The position numbers were made by a program, and so were the translations under genes. A DNA stretch of 64,000 bases from Podarcis vaucheri. Lineage: Eukaryota. The stretch lies in assembly GCA_965113315.1 (NCBI GenBank), contig OZ220367.1; one strand, 5' to 3'. This document shows positions 1 to 9,908 of this stretch, one piece after another; the first letter of the stretch is position 1, and the number at the start of each line of letters is the position of its first letter. The notes beneath the pieces are model-generated. The model did not search any database and was not told the DNA's origin. It saw nothing but the letters and a program-made list of their open reading frames with translations.

Positions 1-440
1 GCCTTTAACTTCCTCCTCAAAAGCTTCTGATCCATACAAGATTGGTGTTCCCACACGGCATCAAGAACACAAGGGGCAGGGATTAACATCCATTCCCCCA
101 CTACTTCCTGTGCAGATCAGCTAGTGGGGAGATAGTGTATATAGTGTGTACATGTGAATTATGCGTTGAAGGTGTGTGAGAGAGTTGTGTATGTCTTATT
201 TAAAAGCACTGTCCAGTGCTGACTGTGCCCATCCACTGGCTTCACATCTTTTATAAGTGGCAGCATATAATTGTCAAAACAATTAGCACATAAATAATCT
301 GTTTTGTAAAGCTTCAAAGGCAAAGATGCGTTGTCTGGCAATATATGTTGGTACGTATACCCTACTACTATTTCCGTGGCTTTTTTTGTTATATCTTCAG
401 CAATATGGATATTTAATTGATGCCTACTAAGGATCACAAT

Positions 441-1309
441 GGGGACGCAGGTGGTGTTGTGGGTTAAACCAGTGTTTCCCAAACGTATTTGGGCAACGGC
501 ACACCTGTTTACCGGAAAAAAATCTCGCTGCACACCACCATTAAAGCCCCGCCCCGTGACGTCAGCGCGCAGCGTCACGCCGGGAGGGACGCACAAAAGT
601 GAACGTTTTTTCCCTTCCCCTTGCCGTGGTGGGAGGAGGCAGCAGAGCGAGGGACTGAGGGACGGCGGCAGCTGAGGCGGCGGCGGCTGTTGTGGTGGTG
701 GCGGCGATAGCGGGCAGAGGAGGAGCCGTCGCCGGGAGTTGCTGCTGCTGCTGTTGCCGCTGCTGCCCGGACATGCCGGCCTCCTCCTCCTCCGCTGTCT
801 CGCGCTCCTCCCTTTTGCGCGCGCTGCCCCACCGCTCGGCACCACCACCGCGGAGCCGCCCCCGGCTCGACGCGGATCCTCGCCGCCGCCGCCTCTCGCC
901 GCCCGACTCGCCCGCCTCCCTCCCACGGCACACCAGCCGGTGTCTCACGGCACACTAGTGTGCCGCGGAACACCGGTTGGGAAACACTGGGTTAAACCAC
1001 AGAGCCCAGGGCTTGCTGATCAGAAGGTCGGCAGTTCGAATCTCCACGATGGGGTGAGCTCCCGTTGCTCAGTCCCTACTCCTGCCAACCTAGCAGTTCG
1101 AAAGCACGTCAAAGTGCAAGTAGATAAATAGGTACCGCTCCGGCGGGAAGGTAAATGGCGTTTCTGTGCGCTGCTCTGGTTCACCAGAGGTGGCTTAGTC
1201 ATGCTGACCACATGACCCGGAAGCTGTACGCTCCCTTGGCCAATAAAGCGAGATGAGCGCCGCAACCCCAGAGTCAGTCACGACTGGACCCAATGGTCAG
1301 GGGTCCCTT
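441..1309 (+). mobile_element. Sauria SINE (Squam1, lacertid type), interrupted by a nested hAT element
   Basis: 16-bp TSD tactaaggatcacaat at 425-440 and 1310-1325; tRNA-like head with A box near 452-462 and B box gttcgaatc 1034-1042; characteristic body ...gtgcaagtagataaataggtaccgct...gggtcccttta. Confidence 0.92.
470..989. mobile_element. Non-autonomous hAT (Charlie-like) DNA transposon with GC-rich internal segment
   Basis: Perfect 13-bp TIR cagtgtttcccaa/ttgggaaacactg; perfect 8-bp TSD ggttaaac (462-469, 990-997); subterminal cggcacac motifs. Confidence 0.92.
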
Positions 1310-1789
1310 TACTAAGGATCACAATCTAGAATTACTGATAATTGCAAAGTTATTCTAAGAAAAAAAGAAATAAAAACTGATGAGGGGAAAGGAAACATAC
1401 AAAACATTGCATCCCTTGGGCCCAACACTGTGGATTTTTGCCTTTATGTGGAGGATTCCCCCAGCTGTTTCCTCTGTCCTGCTTGCAGGCAGGTAATGCA
1501 AGGGGCGATTGCAGGGAGCAGGAAGATCCATGCATGCCTTCCATAACCCTGTCCACTTCTTCTGTGTGCATCGTCATGCTATTTGCATGCATGCATGCAC
1601 AGGTGATGGGGAACAGGAATTCGGGTTCCACCGGTATGCATCCTCTGTGTCCATACTCAGGTGGGATCAGGTCTCACTTTTCTGTAATGTAGACTCCATC
1701 CTGAAACTAATGGCAGGTAATTTTCATAACCAAGGTCAGCCACATAAAAGTGCTTAGCAGATAATTTTCACTTGTGTGTAATATTGCAG

Positions 1790-1900
1790 GATGCATACAG
1801 TGGACAACAACAGAATTTCCGGTTGGTGAAACTGTGCCTGTTCATGTATTAGATGTGACAAACCCTGGTTTATTCTATGCTGTACCCACAAAAATGAAAG
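1790..1900 (+). CDS. TDRD1: TDRD1 coding exon (CIQWTTTEFPVGETVPVHVLDVTNPGLFYAVPTKMK)
   Basis: tgcag| acceptor, G|gtaaga donor, phase 1-1. Confidence 0.9.
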
Positions 1901-4900
1901 GTAAGAACTACAGAATGCTGTAAGTTGACATAGATTTTCTTTATGTGGGCCCCGTTCAGTCATAATAGAAAACAATGTTTTTCACTATGTAAATGACCAC
2001 GACAAAATCTGGTCACAAATGATCATTATTCCCTTCCCTTTTTAGTGCCTGTAAGAAGACTAGAAGTTCCCCATGTGACGTTCAGATTTGGAGAGTTATG
2101 GTTTATTTATGAATTGTTCTAAAACCATGACCCCATGGTGTGTTAAACCTCAATTTGAAGAAGCCCATTGTTACGTATCTGCACCAGAAGTGTGCAAGGA
2201 CTTAAAAAAAAACCTGCACTAGTTGAAAGTTTTATAATTTGGGAACTTGAGTTACTGAAGAAAGAAAGGCAGTACTGATTACCATACTTTTAAAAATAAA
2301 ACTAAAGGAAATATTTTAGGTTTGCAAATTCGCTACTTTATTATTAATATGTTATCCAAGGAAATTTAGCTTAAGTAGCATGCTTCTAGATGCTAGAATG
2401 TATTTGCTCATAGACTTTATCAGAATAGGTGAGTGGTAGAAGATACAAAACATTACACTTCTTTTATGTTTTAGTGGATCTGCAGAGACTCCATAAGCTA
2501 ATGACTGGACTTGCAGATTACTGCAGTTCTCAGAATGATTCCAGTTTCAAGCCAAAAGTTGGTGAACCCTGTTGTGCCAGATTCACAGGTGAAAAAATGA
2601 AAAAGTGTGTGTGTTTGTGTATTAGAAAATGTTAAGATTACTTCATAAAAAAGGAAAATATTTTAATTACTTTCTTAAAATGTCTAAAATAAGCCTATAG
2701 AGCTCGTAGTCTACAAGAGGGAGGTGATGGCTGAATTTCACACTATCATGTTTAAAATAGGTAACTCCCAGTTTCTTGCATAACAGCTTAGTTGGATGAA
2801 ATGGTATCACAGGAAAGAACCATTTTCTTGGGTAGTATACTATGGGTAATATGGTGAAGACCCTATTATCAAGTGGTAACATTTACTACTACAGTAACTG
2901 AGTGACCACCCAAGTGGATTATACATACAGCCCTTCAGTAATTTGAAGCATCTAATTCTTTTTTGGGGGGCACGGAATTTGACAGCATACATCCTCGCTT
3001 CTTTCTCTGGGTCCAATGAATCACTTGCCTCCTTAGGAGAAAGATAGTCCAGAGTCGGGTTGCTAAACAAGGAACAGCATCTTTAATTGGTGTGGCTGTC
3101 TCTAATTCTGTAGAGATCTCTTCTACCCTGGTGGGAATAACATAAGGAGTAGCGGCCATACAACCAAGACTTGAAAATCCCTATTGCTGTTTTCATCTAT
3201 GTACTGATAGAGCAATAGACACATGTCCAGAACTACAGTGATAGTATTTCAGCATTTAGGGGCACTTTGTCTAGGTTCAAACTAGGGAGGCATGCTATTC
3301 ACTCTGCAGTCTTTTTAAATCTTTTCTGGCCAAGTGGTGTGAACTTGTAATGTAAATTCCTCACAAGTAAGCTGACTTTTCTGGTTGCCAAATAATGTGA
3401 ATCAAGCGGTATCACATCATCTAAAGGCAGTCCAGTGAATCATAATTTCCAAATCTCCTTAATTTGTGAAAATCTAGCTTTTAGGGAAATGCTTACTGGT
3501 TTCAGGTTTAAGAGAAATCTCTTTTAAGCAGGGTATACAGTTTCACATAATGGTAAGCCTCTTAAAACGTAAAATTTTGTTCACTTTTTTAGGTGATGAC
3601 ACTTGGTACCGTGCTGTCGTTCTGGAAGTTTGTGTATCAGAAGTCAAAGTGGCATATGCAGACTATGGAAATGTGGAAATGTTGCCATTATCTAGGCTTC
3701 TACCTATAACTGCCCCCTACTTGGAACTACCTTTTCAGATACTCAAGTGTTCCATTGCAGGTAGCAAACCAGCTAGAGCAATTTGTCAAAAAACCAAATG
3801 CCTTAATATGAATATATATTCACATGTATACAGAGCCTTGAATTTTAATGTGTTAATAAGCAGTGCTAATGTTATCTTGTAATTTTCTTGTGGAAATCCC
3901 TTGGAGAATAAAAGTGGAATGTAAATATGAAATTAAAATTGTCAAATGTTCCATAGGGCACATGCCAGAGGTAAAAGCAGGTGCAAACATAAATGTTTTC
4001 TTTGACTGTAGGGTAGTTTTGCACACATTCAACCACTCCTCTATCCTCCAACCAGGAAAGCAAGAGGCATTATCAAAGTTTCAAGGGCACATTCCAGCTA
4101 GGCAGAAACACTGGCTGAGGAAGAGGTGGGGCCTGGATCCTAAGCGCCAGACAGAGGACTAGAAGGGCCACAGTTGGCCTTGAGGTCTGAGGTTCCCCAC
4201 CCCTGTCTTAAAAACATTGCAAAAACTATTCTTGTGGTGGCAGAGTTCATGTGCAAGAAGCAGTGGCGTAGTGTGGGTTGTCAGCACCTGGGGCAAGGCA
4301 AGTAATTTGCCCCCCTAACCCGTGGATTTGCGCCCCCTAACCCTAACCCCCAGATGTTGCGCCCAGTGCGGCCGCCCGCCCCCCCTGCACCCCCACGCTA
4401 TGCCCCTGGAAAGAAGGATTGCAAATGTATTTTAATATAAACGGAGTATTTTTCATTATTTTAATGGCACTGAGTATTTAAATATGAACAGAGTAGTTTT
4501 CATTATTTTAATGGCACTGATTTTAAGAAAAGCAATGTAAACTGTCAGATTTATAAGCACTAGAATTGTAAACTGTCAGTAGCATAGATTTGAATTTAAG
4601 GTTTATTTGTATTCTAGGAATTATGGAACTGGATGGAAAGTGCTCCCTTTTAGCAGCAGAGAAGCTGAAAAGTTTTTTACTGAATGAGTGTGTGACAATT
4701 ACAGTGAAAGGAGTTAATAAGAATATTCATATAGTAACTGTCAAAAAAAAATCTGGAACTAATACTATGAATGTAGCTGATGAACTAGTAATCGAAAACT
4801 CGGCAAAAGATAGCAAGATTGAGAATCGTAAGTAATTTACCCTGAGGTAATTTCTTGCTGAAATGTAACCCACATACTTATTATAAAGATTTGGAAAGTT

Positions 4901-6377
4901 TATTACCACATAACACAAATTTTTAGTCGGTACTTTATTTTACAAAATTGGAAATGCCTTGCTATGGGCAGCCTTATTGCTGTTCAGTGGTGTTACAAGA
5001 AGCTATATATATTTGTTTTTCTTTCAGGATGTGTAAAGAACACTAAGTGCTGTTGTATGGAGCTGAGAAAGCAAGTAAGTTTCAATTTGGAGTTGAAGTT
5101 CTCTTTGTTTCCAAATCCTGATTGCTTGCAGAGCCAATGCAAGTTTGTTTTGGTATTTTGTATCCACCTTCAGACCAGATCTGATCCGCCCATGACACGG
5201 GGTGAAGCGCTTGCCTCAAGCAGCAGAAGTGCCAGAGGCGGCGCTCCACCCACCCCACCACTTCTGCCACTGAGAGGGAGGTGTTCTGGCTCACCGCGTT
5301 GCTGCTGTCAGCCAGAGAAGTCAAGTGAGCAGCACCGTGGATCCTGCTGAGTTTGGCAAGAGCCAAGGAATTCCTGCATGCCATTTGTGGCTTGGCAACA
5401 CTTAGAGGAGCACCTTGGATCCTGCCAAGTTCAGCAAGAGCCCAGGCACAGCAGTGGCAGAAGTGGGGTGCCATGGGCAGAGCAGGAGGCAGCAATTCCC
5501 ATTTTGCCTCAGGTGGTGAAACAAGGCAGGCTGCCCCTGTTCAGACTGCATCACGGATGTTGAAGAGGTAGCAAGACTGTCAGTTATGGAAACATCAGAC
5601 ACTGGTATAAAACATGTTTTTTAAGAGGTTGCTGCCCAGCTCACTTTATTCTCCTAAATAAAACTTAAGCATTTGTTTTCTAGCTGAAATTTGGATGGCA
5701 AACAATATTGACTTCAAAATGTTACTGTATTTCATCAGCTTTCCAACTGATTTTCAGTATATTTCAGTTCATTTTGAGAGATGAGTTTGGATCCAAAAGC
5801 TCCCTTCTGACAGAAGGTGCATTTGCATTCAACCTGAGATCATGATGTAGACAGATTTGAGTATTACAAACTAGTTAGCTTAGGTTTTGCTAAGTGTGCT
5901 TTTTCTTGCTTTTTAGTATGTGTGTTGTGTGCTTGCTTATTTTTTCCCTTTTTTGTTAGGAGTGTTTTATAATAATAATAATTTATTATTTATACCCCGC
6001 CCATCTGGCTGGGTTTCCCCAGCCACTCTGGGAAGCTGCCCATGTTTGGTTTTGTTGATGTGTGCCTTTTGCTGGCCTTGCCTGTTTGTGGGGAGGGTTC
6101 TAATTGTTCTAATTTATTTTTTTTACTTTGTGTGTGGCAGGAATACCTCTTTTTTGTTTTTGGTTGGGTCCTTTCACTGAGCATTACCAGTTTTACCTGT
6201 TGTGAAATGCATCCCCCAGACTTAAAACAAAATTGTTCCATTATAATGGCTGTTTTTTCTACCCTTTCATAGGTTACAAAGCTTGAACAGATTATTTATT
6301 TTCTCCTAAAAGATCGCTTTGGTGAAGAAAAAGTTCCTGAAATGATAAAGCTCTTTGAAGAACCTGTGCTGGAATGA
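1790..6377 (+). CDS. TDRD1: Tudor domain-containing protein 1 (piRNA pathway), 3' part: last extended Tudor domain and C-terminus; gene starts upstream of window
   Basis: Six GT-AG exons 1790-1900, 2475-2588, 3593-3760, 4618-4827, 5028-5074, 6273-6377 splice into one open frame. Tudor signature CCARFTGDDTWYRA...VAYADYGN; C-terminal KCCCMELRKQVTKLEQIIYFLL resembles mammalian TDRD1; synteny with VWA2 and AFAP1L2. Confidence 0.95.
2475..2588 (+). CDS. TDRD1: TDRD1 coding exon (VDLQRLHKLMTGLADYC...KVGEPCCARFT)
   Basis: ttttag| acceptor, G|gtgaaa donor, phase 1-1. Confidence 0.92.
3593..3760 (+). CDS. TDRD1: TDRD1 coding exon, Tudor core (GDDTWYRAVV...YADYGN...PFQILKCSIA)
   Basis: tttttag| acceptor, G|gtagca donor; Tudor aromatic-cage residues present. 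Confidence 0.95.
3950..4206. mobile_element. Old hAT-type MITE fragment
   Basis: Ends ...gaggttccccacccctg; similar to the element split by BovB at about 14375-15375. Confidence 0.5.
4261..4408. mobile_element. hAT-type MITE
   Basis: TIR cagtggcgtagtgtggg / cccacgctatgcccctg; 8-bp TSD gcaagaag/gaaagaag (7/8). Confidence 0.8.
4618..4827 (+). CDS. TDRD1: TDRD1 coding exon (GIMELDGKCS...NVADELVIEN...)
   Basis: ttctag| acceptor, C|gtaagt donor, phase 1-1. Confidence 0.9.
5028..5074 (+). CDS. TDRD1: TDRD1 coding exon (CVKNTKCCCMELRKQ)
   Basis: tttcag| acceptor, CAA|gtaagt donor, phase 1-0. Confidence 0.88.
5171..5539. mobile_element. Degenerate GC-rich MITE-like element with internal direct repeat
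   Basis: GC-rich block in an AT-rich intron, cag...cctg ends, internal repeat cacc(g/t)tggatcctgc...gcaagagcc twice; no clean TSD. Confidence 0.45.
5969..6042 (-). mobile_element. 5'-truncated L2 LINE 3' end
   Basis: Reverse complement reads ...cagccagatgggcggggtataaataataaattattattatt, same tail type as the L2 at 55755-56412. Confidence 0.65.
6273..6377 (+). CDS. TDRD1: TDRD1 last coding exon (VTKLEQIIYFLLKDRFGEEKVPEMIKLFEEPVLE*)
   Basis: ctttcatag| acceptor, phase 0, TGA at 6375-6377. Confidence 0.88.
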   Translation, partial: VTKLEQIIYFLLKDRFGEEKVPEMIKLFEEPVLE

Positions 6378-7800
6378 ACAGCATAGTATAGTTGTTGAGT
6401 ACTGTTGAAATCCATACTGTTCACTCTAACCTAAGCCTGTAATCTTAAACTATTTAGTTGAAAATACATTCAGTTGACATGTCAGAATGTAACTACTTAA
6501 GTACATAAATCAAGGTTTATTTCCTGTCTTGCATTTTGGATTGCATGCTTGCCTTCAGATGATGGTCTGGGCAGTGTTTGTTTTCTTTCTCTCATCCCTT
6601 ATCAGTGTAACCAATTGCATCTTTATCATTATTCAAGTTGCAAAGATCAGCTTCCTCTGTGTTGATCTGATCAGAAGTTTAAAGGCATGATGCCTTCTGG
6701 ATAGAAGGATTTTTACTTCAATCGCTTAAGAAATTATTCAGTCTAGACACGACAATTCATTTAAATCTTCGTCCCCATTAAGTAGCCCATAAAGGCCTCA
6801 ATTATTTGGCTTAAAAATCTGTATTTAAGTTTCTTATGTGTCTAATTTTAAAATGGCTTTTCAGAAGTATTTAGGACTTCACAGAAAGAAATAGATTTGT
6901 TTAGTGATTGTAGCTAGTAGAATTGTGGGTTTGTTTGTTCTTTTCCTTTTTTGAACCCTTTTTCCTTTTGGGGAAAAATGTATGTTGATTCTCTTTGTTT
7001 TTATTACCGGTATTTATTTTATTATTTATTATTATTTACTACTGCTAAACTCGCCCAGTCTGCAATCCTCACCCCTCTCCTGATGATGATGTGCTGGGAA
7101 GGATTAGGATGGTGTGTGTTTAGGTGCAGAGACTGCTGCTGAATCTGGGCAGGTGACAACTTCCTGCCTCTGGTTCTCCCACTGTTGATAGTTAGCACAA
7201 AACCCTGTTTCAGGTTGGAGGTAGGTGATGGAGGCTTTGGATATGGGATACAAAGCAGGAGTGGTCCCCTAAAGGACCCAGTTCCCAGGCACTGTTGAGT
7301 CAACTCAGTGGATGCAGCAAAAAGCAGGAGAAACTCTGCTCTTCCCCAACCCCCTGGCTGTCAGGTCTTCATATGCAGCTGCAGGTTGGAATTGCTCAGT
7401 TAGTCCTATTGGTCACAGTGAGATTTACTTCTGAATAAACATCCATAAGATTGTGCTGTGAATCTTCTTTACATCGAAACATTTTACTCTCGAGCCTGTT
7501 TGTGCATGGCCTTCAATCACAGAGAAGTGCAGCTCTGAATTGATCATACACTTCACGTTGTGACTAGGTTACTAGCAAAGGCTAGAATTTAAATGTAACT
7601 ACACAACTTCTGCAGATGAACAAGGTCCATGATCACTTAATTTATTTAGTCCTCAGGATAAGATTACGCTGAAGCCTGCTACAATGGGATCTGCCTGCAG
7701 GTGGTAATAGCCCACTCATATAGTTAGAGTGTTACCTATTCTCTGGTCTCTCAGCTGGTGGGCCCCTGTCACAAGGCAGGGAGCTGTGCTACATCTAGGT

Positions 7801-8152
7801 CAGTGGTTCCAAACATTTTGCCACACACACCTGAGTCTTTGTACACCAGTTAATAGTTTTTCTGCCTGTTGTAGCAGTTGTAATATGCTGCACTAGATGC
7901 AGTCAAAGCTTTAATTGTAGTTTATTTGCTGTGGCTGTTACTCACTTATTGCCTGTTACTGTATTGCAATCTGAATTCCATAGAATTCAAACTATAATAG
8001 AATATAAGAAAGAAAAGCAATTGAAATACAATTAAGAAGCAGACTGAATACTTAATTTGATTATGCCCTATCTCCTGTCTTCAGCCACCGCAGACCACGA
8101 TTGTGAATCCCTGATCAAAATGGATGCAAGCCTAACAGTTTGAGAACCCCTT
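7801..8152. mobile_element. hAT (Charlie-like) MITE
   Basis: Ends cagtggttccaaac... / ...gtttgagaacccct; TSD not preserved. Confidence 0.55.
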
Positions 8153-8619
8153 TGGTTTATTCTTTCCACAGCAATGAAGGCGCTTTCTAGGAGTAAATGT
8201 GTAAAGGTTCAATAAGCATCTTGGGAGACTATGCATGCATTTATGTATGAGCCATGGGATGATTGGGGATTTGAGAATTGTGGCTGTAGTTCATGATAAC
8301 ATACTTGCGGGGACATGAGACTGGGATAACTCCATCAAACGTTAGCCAGTGTTTGGTAAATGGAAAACAAGTCAATTTCCTTAGAATCAACTCCAACATT
8401 AGTCGAGATAGAGCCCACACCACAGGCAATGAATGAGGGAAGCACTTTAAATCCACGTTGTCTATGAGGACATGCTTTGCCCCAGCAGCCTGAAAGGGAA
8501 GCAAAGTAGGGTGGGTCTGTGCCCCCAGTCTCCTCTGGCTTTAGCTCTGACCCCAGTGTGTAATTGCTTGTTGACATTCCTGGCCGGCATTCCTCACCTT
8601 AAAGGTACATTCCTCTGGG

Positions 8620-9700
8620 TCAGGAAGCCACCCGCCCCGCCGCTCCTTTGGGAAGCGCGTCCCTCCCACTCTCCACGTTCAAATGGGCAGCAGCTGGAGT
8701 TCCGCCCGAAGCCTCGAGGTTGGCTTGGTTTGGAGGGCGAGGGGGGCGTCGATCAGCGCGTCATTCGCACCTCCTTCCGCGGGCACCCGGTCAAAAGTGT
8801 GCACGGGGCGGGAGGCGGAGGTTAGGAGGGGCTTTCCTGGGATCGCCTGGCTGCCTGCTCGTAGTCCAGGATCGGTGCAAGCGCAACAGCCGTCGGAAAG
8901 CGTTAAGGCGCTTCGGCGATCGCAACAGCTATCTCTGCGCCTCGCCGGAGGAGAGAATCTGCCCCACGGCCACTATTGGGGGTGAGCGGCCGATGCAAGA
9001 TCTGCCTGCGCTGCAGCGCAGTCCGTGACTTAGAAAGGGGAGAGAAAAGGACGGCTAGGTGTAGAGAGCACCTGGGGGTGGAGGGATAAAACTTGACCTC
9101 GCCTTGCAAAGATTGCTCTGCTCTTCCATTGCTTCCGTCTGGGGATCCGCAAGGGAAGCGGTAAGTTCCACGAGCGCCTCGTTCGCGATTTGCAAAGGGA
9201 GCCGCGAGTTTACAGTAGGGAGGCTGCAAACCCTAAGCAAAAATAAAATGAAAGCTGCGTGCAGGGTCAGAGCAAGGGGGACACCGCGCATGGTTCGGCC
9301 CTGCGCTCAGCAGCTTGGAGATTTGTGGCGCAAAGCAAGCGGCGCTTCGGGGACAGAAATCCGGCAGACCCATCCGAGGAAGGAGAGAAGTGAATGCCCC
9401 GGACGGTCCTGGCATTGGGAAAGCAAGCGCAGGAGTAGCAGAGGGCGAGCCTGCCGGTGGAGTTTGAATTTCAGCATCCTTTCCCTTTCGATCCGCAGCA
9501 ATGCATCTGGGCGCTGGGACTCCAGGAATTGCTCTTTGAAATGAGGGCGCCTCCCGCACCAGCGCCTGAAGACGCGCAACGGTCCGAACGCAGCTGGTGG
9601 CACGTTTTGCAACTTTTAGGGGGGGGGGGACTGCGCAACATAGGGCGGGGTGGGGGCTTCGGGAGTCTTGCACCATCTCTCCGCCCACTCAGTGTTTATA
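8620..9700. promoter_or_regulatory. VWA2: CpG island, probable VWA2 promoter and non-coding first exon(s)
   Basis: Dense unmutated CpG, GC boxes (ggggcgggaggcgg near 8805-8818; gggcgggg near 9643-9650), + strand donors GG|gtgagc (exon end 8981) and CG|gtaagt (exon end 9160); lies upstream of the VWA2 ATG exon, which has its own acceptor. Confidence 0.75.
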
Positions 9701-9869
9701 ACAGTTGTAGATTTTCACGGAACTAAAATATCATGAAACAGTTCTCAAACTTTCAAGTTCCTCAGAACTCTTCTGCAAGACTTGGGTATGAAGCATGGGC
9801 GTAACCAGGATTTGTGTTGAGGTGGTGGGGGCACGACACTCACCTGCCATCTTCCTCTGTCTCTCTTAA

Positions 9870-9908
9870 GTATGTATGTATGTATTTGATTGATTGATTG
9901 ATTGATTG
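9870..9908. repeat. Compound tetranucleotide microsatellite (TATG)n(TGAT)n
   Basis: Direct reading. Confidence 0.85.

Noticed and set aside
1-123. Short open frame PLTSSSKASDPYKIGV... as a TDRD1 exon
   Set aside because: No recognisable TDRD1 similarity, ends in a stop, no convincing donor.
159-973. Long overlapping ORFs (255, 132, 128 aa) treated as a resident gene
   Set aside because: They come from the stop-poor GC-rich filler of the hAT element and run across TE boundaries; reported instead as a possible captured fragment.
4443-4580. Local duplications (ttttcattattttaatggcactga twice; tgtaaactgtcag twice), also catcgctagggagagtttt twice at about 27877-27917
   Set aside because: Ordinary slippage-type intronic duplications of two copies only; not CRISPR-like.
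7434-7439. AATAAA as the TDRD1 poly(A) signal
   Set aside because: Lies in what looks like a common short palindromic repeat remnant about 1 kb after the stop; cannot be supported without transcript data.
9307-9312. Cys-TGA as a selenocysteine read-through
   Set aside because: No selenoprotein similarity and no SECIS element recognised downstream.
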